DNA of 64,000 nucleotides from an uncultured delta proteobacterium (GTDB lineage Bacteria > Desulfobacterota > Binatia > Binatales > Binataceae): positions 1,824,001-1,888,000 of the forward strand of contig CAWJET010000001.1 of the NCBI GenBank assembly GCA_963842085.1, read 5' to 3'. This document shows, piece after piece, positions 57,850-64,000 of the stretch (its first letter is position 1; every line of letters begins with the position of its first letter). Below the pieces are notes generated by a model. The model worked only from the letters and a program-made list of their open reading frames with translations. It searched no databases and had not been told where the DNA came from. The position numbers and the translations under genes are program-made.

Positions 57850-59346
57850 CTACGCTTTCGCCCAATCGACGCTCTGTTCGTACGCGTAGGCGATCTTCAG
57901 CGGCGTCGAATCCTCGAAATGCCGCCCGACGATCATCAACCCCACCGGAAGTCCGTTGGACATCGCGCACGGCACGCTTACCGCCGGATGTCCGGTGATA
58001 TCGAATGGCGCCGTGTTGGTGATCATCGAGTAGGGCGCGCGTTCGTCGATGCGATGCGCCTTCATGGGCGTCGCGGGCATCACGAGCGCGTCGTACTCGC
58101 CGAGCGCGGCATCGTATTTTGCCGTCAGCACCGGCCGGTAGCTCTGCGCCTTGGCGTAAAACTTACCGTGATAGCGCTCGCGCATAAGGTCCCCGAACAC
58201 CAGCATAAACTTGACGGTCAGCGCGACATCGTTCGCCCGTTCCGGGAACCGCTCTCCGAAGTGCGCTGCGAGTTCCGGCATGTACGCACCAGCATGATGC
58301 GTCCCTTGCAGATTGGTCCGCGCCAGCATCGCCATCCCCTCGGGCACTATCGCGTAGAGCAGGTCGGAGGCATTTCGATGCTCGGGGATCGAAATCTCGG
58401 TCGCGCGCGCCCCAAGTTTTCCGAGCGCCGCAAGCGCGCGATTCACCGCGGCGTTCACGTCGTCTTGGGCGCCGGCTTGCGTAAAGCCCTGGCGCACGAC
58501 TCCCAGCCTGATTCCGTCGAGCGACTTCCCCAGCGCCTCGCGATACGGCGCGGTCGTGACCTCGCGCTGGCGCGGATCGAACGGATCCTTGCCCGCGAGC
58601 ACTTCGAGCAGTAGCGCAACGTCGCCCACACTACGAGCCATCGGCCCGACATGATCGAGCGTTGGGTCGATACTCATCACTCCCGTGTAAGGAACGAGAC
58701 CGTAGGTCGGCTTGATACCGACTACGCCCGACCACGACGCTGGAATCCTGATCGAGCCGCCCTGGTCGGTGCCAATGGTCAGATCGATATCGTCATAGTA
58801 AAGCGCCGCCGCCGAGCCGCACGACGAGCCACCCGTGCAGTCTTCGGGATTGTGCGGATTGCGCGCCGGTCCATAGAAGCTGGTGCGGCCGTCGCCCGAA
58901 AGCGCGAAGTCGTCCATGTTCAACGTGGCGACAATTTCCGCGCCCGCGTCGAGCATCCGCGCAACGATCGTTGCGTCGCGCTCCGCCACGTAACCCTTCA
59001 GCACCGACGACCCGCCGCTCGCCGGTATCCCCGCCACGCACACGCTGTCCTTCACTCCCACCCGCTTGCCCTTGAGCGGGCCGCCGGACGCGCCCTTGAC
59101 GCTACACCGTGTGACAATCGCGTTCAGCGGATCATCCTTCGGCGAAGGCCGCACGCCCGCCTTGCGATCGCGATACCGCGTCACCGAATCCTGTGGCGCG
59201 ACCGCGATCGCGTCGATCTGCTCGAGGATCGCCATTTGTCCGGGCATCATGCCCTCAAGCGCCGCGAGTTCCTCGGCCGTCAGCTCGATATGATTCGCAC
59301 GCGCAACTCTCTTCAATTCGTCTGCACTGGGGACCTGGAACGCCAT
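57850..59346 (-). CDS. Amidase (amidase-signature family)
   Basis: GVKD, GGSSCGS, GTDQGGSIRIPAS. Confidence 0.95.
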   Translation of the reverse strand: MAFQVPSADELKRVARANHIELTAEELAALEGMMPGQMAILEQIDAIAVAPQDSVTRYRDRKAGVRPSPKDDPLNAIVTRCSVKGASGGPLKGKRVGVKDSVCVAGIPASGGSSVLKGYVAERDATIVARMLDAGAEIVATLNMDDFALSGDGRTSFYGPARNPHNPEDCTGGSSCGSAAALYYDDIDLTIGTDQGGSIRIPASWSGVVGIKPTYGLVPYTGVMSIDPTLDHVGPMARSVGDVALLLEVLAGKDPFDPRQREVTTAPYREALGKSLDGIRLGVVRQGFTQAGAQDDVNAAVNRALAALGKLGARATEISIPEHRNASDLLYAIVPEGMAMLARTNLQGTHHAGAYMPELAAHFGERFPERANDVALTVKFMLVFGDLMRERYHGKFYAKAQSYRPVLTAKYDAALGEYDALVMPATPMKAHRIDERAPYSMITNTAPFDITGHPAVSVPCAMSNGLPVGLMIVGRHFEDSTPLKIAYAYEQSVDWAKA

Positions 59347-59371
59347 CGTCGAGTCCTCTTGGTCACGTCTA

Positions 59372-60385
59372 TCAGGTGAAATACGGCATCAGATGCCGAT
59401 GCGCGTCGTCCATCGTCTGTCGCGGCGGCACGCCCGGCACTTCGAAGAACACCGGCGCCGTCACGCCCGCTTCGACGAGCCGGGCCAGGTTCTCGCGGCA
59501 TCGCGCGGGGCTGCCGGCAATCGTAAATGTATCGAGCATCTCGTCGGTCACCATGTCCGCTGGCACTTTTCCGCGCGCGAAAGTCTCGCCGAAGGCGCGA
59601 ATCGTGTCGGGCGCCAGTGCGGCCGCCGCGAAGATCGGCGTCGTCGGCTGCGGCGCCATCAGGGAGATCAAAATCGCGACGAACGGCCGAAGCCGGTCGC
59701 GCGCCGCGCGTTCGTCCTCCGAAATCGACGACAAGATATACGCGCCGACACCGAACGCGCGCTCGTCGCGGCCTGACTTCGCAAGACCTCGCCGCACGTG
59801 CTCCATCGCGAACTTCACGTACGCCGGCGACGACATCACGCTGAGCAGCAAGCCGTCCGCCACTTCTCCCGTCAGCTCGCAATTCTTTGGCCCGAGCACG
59901 CCGAGATAAATTGGAATCTCCGTGCGCACCGGCTTGAAACTCAGCTTGATTCGCTCGGTCTGAAAGACCTTTCCCGGGTACGTGACCTCTTCGCCACGAA
60001 AGAATCGCCGAACGATCTCGATACTCTCGCGCATCGCCACCGTCGGTTTTGTGTATGGAATTTTGAGGCGTCCCGCGATCCAGTCTTTCAGTCCAGCGCC
60101 GATGCCGAGAATTGCGCGTCCTTCCGCGACCTCGTCGAGCGCCGCGAATTCCATCGCGGTGAGCGCGGGATGCCGCAAATAGGGATTCACGATGCCGAGC
60201 CCAATCTTGATCTTCGACGTACCGCACGCGATTGCAGATCCTACCGTGAACGCACCGCGGTAGAAGGGATCCTCGGGCACCCAAAACGTCCCGAAGCCGA
60301 GTTCTTCGGCGTGCCTGGCGTGCGCGACGAACTCGCGCGTGTGCAGCGTTTCGAAACCGACGCCGAATTCGCGAACTTTGGCCAT
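59372..60385 (-). CDS. LLM-class flavin/F420-dependent oxidoreductase (Mer-like)
   Basis: AEELGF..FWVPED, IGLGIVNPYLRHP, GRAILGIGAG, GEVADG. Confidence 0.9.
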   Translation of the reverse strand: MAKVREFGVGFETLHTREFVAHARHAEELGFGTFWVPEDPFYRGAFTVGSAIACGTSKIKIGLGIVNPYLRHPALTAMEFAALDEVAEGRAILGIGAGLKDWIAGRLKIPYTKPTVAMRESIEIVRRFFRGEEVTYPGKVFQTERIKLSFKPVRTEIPIYLGVLGPKNCELTGEVADGLLLSVMSSPAYVKFAMEHVRRGLAKSGRDERAFGVGAYILSSISEDERAARDRLRPFVAILISLMAPQPTTPIFAAAALAPDTIRAFGETFARGKVPADMVTDEMLDTFTIAGSPARCRENLARLVEAGVTAPVFFEVPGVPPRQTMDDAHRHLMPYFT

Positions 60386-60860
60386 TGCCTTAAGCCTCGT
60401 CCTCGAATGCCATCCGCGGACCTTGCGCGCACCACGAGAAGTGGCAATGCCACATCTTCCAGGCCGGTTTCCCGTGCTCATCTTCGCGCACGTACACCTC
60501 GGTGCTGCGGAACTTGCCGCTGCCCGGCAGCGGCTTGCCGTCGTCGAGCGTGATCGTGAAGGCCGCGCTGCACGAGAGCCATCCCATGTCGCCGCGCACG
60601 CGCACGCGCAGGTCTTCGTCCTCGCCCAGAGTCGCTTTCGCTTTCGACTTGCCCAGCCACTCCCACAGCGTCGCCCACTCTTCGATCCCGTCGTACGAAA
60701 AGCCGTTGAGATTCCATCCGAAGAACTTGTCGCCTCCGACGAACGCGTCGCGCATCATCGGGATGCTGCCCGTCCGATTTGCTTTCACCCATAGATTGTG
60801 CAGCCGGACGATCTCGTCGATATCCTGCTGCGGGCCTTCGCCGCGAACTTTTGCCATTGC
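60370..60860. repeat. 19-bp direct repeat (18/19 identical) covering the start codons of two adjacent genes
   Basis: cgcgaactttggccattgc at 60370-60388 and cgcgaacttttgccattgc at 60842-60860; both genes begin MAKVR. Confidence 0.75.
60390..60857 (-). CDS. NTF2/SnoaL-like domain protein
   Basis: GGAGGAG RBS; VRVRGDMGW...RSTEVY...WKMWHCHFS. Confidence 0.85.
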   Translation of the reverse strand: MAKVRGEGPQQDIDEIVRLHNLWVKANRTGSIPMMRDAFVGGDKFFGWNLNGFSYDGIEEWATLWEWLGKSKAKATLGEDEDLRVRVRGDMGWLSCSAAFTITLDDGKPLPGSGKFRSTEVYVREDEHGKPAWKMWHCHFSWCAQGPRMAFEDEA

Positions 60861-60977
60861 AACTCCTCCGTTGAGCGCGTTCGTACGCGAGTAGCTATAC
60901 CTCAGTTCGCACCGAACATTCACGCTTGGCGAATCTCCAAAGTTCGGGCTAAGTTGGCGCCAGACAGGAGGCTCGCA

Positions 60978-61841
60978 ATGGACCAGTTCAAAGTCGGCAA
61001 CGTCAAGATAACCCGGATTGTCGAGAGCGAGGCGCCATGGCCCGGCACCTGGCTCCTGCCCGACGCAACTTACGAGAACGTGAAGCAGGAAGCCGACTGG
61101 CTCTATCCCACTTTCTCCGACGAGAAGGGCAAGCTCCGCATGAGCATCCACGCGCTCGTCATCGAGTCGCAGGGCAAGCGCATCATCGTCGACACCTGCA
61201 TCGGCAACGACAAGGTCCGTTCGAACCCGGTGTGGAGCAATCTGAAGCTGCCGTTCCTGAGCGACCTGGAAAAGGCCGGACATACGCGCGACAACATCGA
61301 TCGTGTCATCTGCACGCATTTGCACGTGGACCACGTCGGCTGGAACACGATGCTCAAGGACGGCAAGTGGGTGCCGACGTTCCCCAACGCCCGCTACCTG
61401 ATTGGCGGCACCGAGTGGGATTACTGGTCGCACTTCGACGGCAAGGACGCGCGCGACCCGGTCGAAGATTCGGTGCGCCCGGTTGTCGACGCTGGCGTTG
61501 CCGATCTGATCGACTCAAACTTTCGTGTCACCGACGAAGTGTGGCTCGAGCCGACGCCCGGTCACACTCCGGGGCATCACAGCGTGCGGATTTCGTCGAA
61601 CGGGCAAGAGGCAGTGATCACCGGCGACCTGATGCATCATCCGATTCAATGCCGCTATCCCGAATGGGACGACAGTTTCGATTCCGACGGCGCGATGGCC
61701 AAGAAGACGCGGCGCGCATTCTGCGAAAAGTATGCCGACACCAACGTCGTCGTTTTCGGAACGCATTTCGCGACGCCATCGGCGGGAAAGATCTCGAAGA
61801 AAGGCGACTCGTTCAGGTTCACGGCATCCAAATCACAGTAG
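60978..61841 (+). CDS. MBL-fold metallo-hydrolase
   Basis: THLHVDHVGWN, TPGHTPGH, GDLMHH; AGGAGG RBS. Confidence 0.93.
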   Translation: MDQFKVGNVKITRIVESEAPWPGTWLLPDATYENVKQEADWLYPTFSDEKGKLRMSIHALVIESQGKRIIVDTCIGNDKVRSNPVWSNLKLPFLSDLEKAGHTRDNIDRVICTHLHVDHVGWNTMLKDGKWVPTFPNARYLIGGTEWDYWSHFDGKDARDPVEDSVRPVVDAGVADLIDSNFRVTDEVWLEPTPGHTPGHHSVRISSNGQEAVITGDLMHHPIQCRYPEWDDSFDSDGAMAKKTRRAFCEKYADTNVVVFGTHFATPSAGKISKKGDSFRFTASKSQ

Positions 61842-61845
61842 CGTC

Positions 61846-62499
61846 ATGGGTGACGTTGCGCTTTCGTTCGACAATGGCCCCGATCCCGCCGTGACGCCGG
61901 TGGTGCTCGACGTGCTCGCGCACCGCGGCGTGAAGGCGTCGTTCTTCGTCCTCGGAAAAAATCTCGCGATGCCGGAGCGGATGAAACTCGCCCAGCGCGC
62001 GGCGGCCGAGGGGCATCGAATCGGCAATCATTCGTACACGCATCGCATACCACTAGGCGACGACCCCGCTGCGGATGCCGTCGATTCGGAAATCGCAAAA
62101 ACCGAGCGGCTGATCGGCGCGCTCGCCGAAACGCCGAAACTGTTTCGTCCGTTCGGCGGCGGCGGCAAGATTGGGCCGCATCTGCTGAGCCGCGCCGCGG
62201 CCGATCACCTGGTCGCCAATCGTTACACCTGCGTGCTCTGGAATTGCGTGCCCGAGGATTGGATCGATCAGGACGCGTGGGTCGAGCGCGCGCTTCGCGA
62301 CGTCTCGACGCGGCCGCATACGCTGGTCGTGATGCACGACATCCTGCTGCGCGCGATGAGCCATCTCGATCGCTTCATCGGCGCGCTCGAGGACGCTGGA
62401 CATCGCATGACGCGCGAGTTTCCCGCCGAATGCGTGCCGATCGAGCGCGGCCAGATCGTCCGCGATATTTCGGGAATCGTGTCTTGCGCGCGCGTTTGA
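61846..62499 (+). CDS. Polysaccharide deacetylase (NodB/CE4) family
   Basis: LSFDNGP, IGNHSYTH, LFRPFGG, VMHD. Confidence 0.9.
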   Translation: MGDVALSFDNGPDPAVTPVVLDVLAHRGVKASFFVLGKNLAMPERMKLAQRAAAEGHRIGNHSYTHRIPLGDDPAADAVDSEIAKTERLIGALAETPKLFRPFGGGGKIGPHLLSRAAADHLVANRYTCVLWNCVPEDWIDQDAWVERALRDVSTRPHTLVVMHDILLRAMSHLDRFIGALEDAGHRMTREFPAECVPIERGQIVRDISGIVSCARV

Positions 62500-62511
62500 T
62501 AGCCTGACGAC

Positions 62512-63018
62512 ATGGGCACGCATTCTCGCGAAATTTTCCGAGCGCGCCGCTCAATCGTATTTGCGATTGCCGGTGCGATCGCTTTGTCGCTGACCGCGCC
62601 GGGGTTCGCGTTCGACATCGGGGCGCTGCTCAACAACAAGCCAAAAGAGCCGGACAAGTTCGCGATCATCCGCGTCGAACAGCTTGCTTCGCTGATGGCC
62701 GATCCGAATTCGCACGTCAACATCTATGACGCGAACGGATGGGGCCTGCGTTCGACGGCCGGCGTGATTCCCGGCGCGCATCTTCTCACCAGCGACGACA
62801 AGTACAACGTGGCGAAAGAGTTGCCCCCCAACAAAAGCGCGAAGCTGGTCTTCTACTGCGCCGACCTGCATTGAACCGCGTCGCATGAAGCCGCCCGGCG
62901 GGCGGCAGCAGCGGGTTATACCGATGTGAGCGTGATGAGCGACGGCATCCAGGGCTGGAAGCACGCCGGCAAGCCGGTCAATTATCCAAGTCTTGACGGC
63001 AACACGAAGACCGACTGA
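62512..63018 (+). CDS. Exported rhodanese-domain protein, probable selenoprotein (TGA at 62872-62874 read as Sec; 168 aa)
   Basis: Signal peptide and GVIPGAHLL. The frame continues through the TGA as LVFYCADLH-U-TASHEAARRAAAAGYTDVSVMSDGIQGWKHAGKPV, completing the rhodanese fold; next stop at 63016-63018. Confidence 0.85.
62875..62917 (+). promoter_or_regulatory. Putative bacterial SECIS element
   Basis: Stem GCCGCCC (62890-62896) pairs with GGGCGGC (62900-62906); the G-starting loop GGC begins 22 nt after the UGA; possible lower stem CCGC/GCGG. Confidence 0.7.
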
Positions 63019-63069
63019 TCTGAGCTACTCTCTCGCGCCCGCCATCGCGCGATGACATATAGTGTCGGC

Positions 63070-64000
63070 GTGCAGCGCGACATTCCAATTCCAGAGCCGT
63101 CGACTGCGCCGCTGCGTGAACTGACGCGTCGCAGTATCGTGCTTGGCATCGCACTGGCGCTGATCCTCGGCGCGGCGAACGCCTACCTCGGCCTGTACGC
63201 GGGCCTGACCGTCTCCGCGAGCATCCCGGCTGCCGTCATCTCGATGGCGATTCTGCGGATTCTTGGCGGCTCGACGATTCTCGAAAACAACGTGGTGCAA
63301 ACGATCGCGTCGGCAGGCGAAGCGGTTGCAGCCGGCGCGATTTTCACGTTCCCGGCGCTGGTAATCCTTGGCGGCGTCAGGACGCTGCCGTACGTCGAAG
63401 TGACGGCGCTATGCGTCGTCGGCGCGACGATGGGCTCGTTGCTGGTGGTGTTCTTGCGCCGTGCGTACGTCGTCGAGGAGCGCCTGCCGTTTCCCGAAGG
63501 GGTCGCGTGCGCGGAGGTGCTTCGGGCCGGTGACGCGCAGGCGAATGTTCGTCCGTTGGTAGTAGGCGGTTTGATCTCGGCGGCTCTCAAAGCGCTTCAG
63601 GACGTCGCCGGAATTATTCCCGGCGCCGTCTCAGGCGCGCGATGGGTCGGAAGCGCCGCGATCGCCGGGTCGCTTGATATTTCGGCGGCGCTGCTCGGCG
63701 TCGGTTACATAATCGGAATCAGGATCGCGGCGCTGGTATTCGCAGGCGGCGCATTCGCCTGGCTGGTCGCGATTCCGGTACTAACGGCGTCACATCCCGC
63801 ATACGGAACGGGCGACGCCGGCACGACCGCGTCGCAACTGTGGAGCACCCAGGTGCGCTATCTCGGGGTCGGCGCGATGCTCACGGGCGGGGTCGTGACA
63901 CTATGGCGGCTGCGCACGCGCATCGCCTCCGCAATCGCCGAGAGCATCCGGATCGTGCGCTCGGCGCACGCCGTCGCCACGGCGCGCGAGGACACCGATC
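63070..64000 (+). CDS. OPT family oligopeptide transporter (partial, runs off the window)
   Basis: Manual translation: LRELTRRSIVLG...AANAYLGLYAGLTVSASIPAAVISMAIL...ENNVVQTIASAGE...LPFPEGVACAEVL. Confidence 0.93.
   Translation, partial: MQRDIPIPEPSTAPLRELTRRSIVLGIALALILGAANAYLGLYAGLTVSASIPAAVISMAILRILGGSTILENNVVQTIASAGEAVAAGAIFTFPALVILGGVRTLPYVEVTALCVVGATMGSLLVVFLRRAYVVEERLPFPEGVACAEVLRAGDAQANVRPLVVGGLISAALKALQDVAGIIPGAVSGARWVGSAAIAGSLDISAALLGVGYIIGIRIAALVFAGGAFAWLVAIPVLTASHPAYGTGDAGTTASQLWSTQVRYLGVGAMLTGGVVTLWRLRTRIASAIAESIRIVRSAHAVATAREDTD

Noticed and set aside
60858-61433. N-terminal part of the 347-aa minus ORF 60390-61433
   Set aside because: Antisense to the MBL hydrolase; the real NTF2-like gene starts at 60857 after GGAGGAG.
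62512-62874. 120-aa rhodanese as a complete or simply truncated protein
   Set aside because: The domain is incomplete at the TGA and continues in frame, with a SECIS-like hairpin; Sec read-through explains it better.
1-64000. CRISPR arrays, IS elements, rRNA/tRNA genes
   Set aside because: No regularly spaced repeats, transposase/integrase ORFs or structural RNA signatures seen by eye; short elements could have been missed.

Overview
GC-rich bacterial chromosomal segment of about 65 genes. I saw no rRNA, tRNA, CRISPR array or transposase. The gene content (many acyl-CoA dehydrogenases, CoA transferases, putative F420-type oxidoreductases, pqq) would fit a soil lineage such as Candidatus Binatota, but this is inference only. 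Main blocks: (1) a DCC-LMF fusion, a Mo-hydroxylase pair and an acoABC-like 2-oxoacid dehydrogenase; (2) a roughly 20 kb acyl-CoA/lipid catabolic region (ACADs, CoA ligase, ECHs, SDRs, paired class III CoA transferases, DUF35 plus thiolase-like protein, WS/DGAT, alkyl sulfatase); (3) a heterodimeric ABC exporter, a GNAT and a frameshifted MetX-like hydrolase; (4) a trehalose locus (otsA-otsB-MFS divergent from DUF5752-treT); (5) a pqqABCDE operon whose pqqA is missing from the ORF track, preceded by a decayed TonB-receptor remnant and converging on a rhodanese plus MauE/DoxX pair; (6) mixed genes (cysK, ZIP, msrA, B12 radical SAM, Hpt, RluA, amidase, LLM, MBL, deacetylase, OPT). The most notable signal is an exported rhodanese at 62512-63018. 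It has an in-frame TGA where the second Cys of a YC-x4-C loop is expected, followed by a SECIS-like hairpin, so it is probably a selenoprotein that standard ORF calling truncates.
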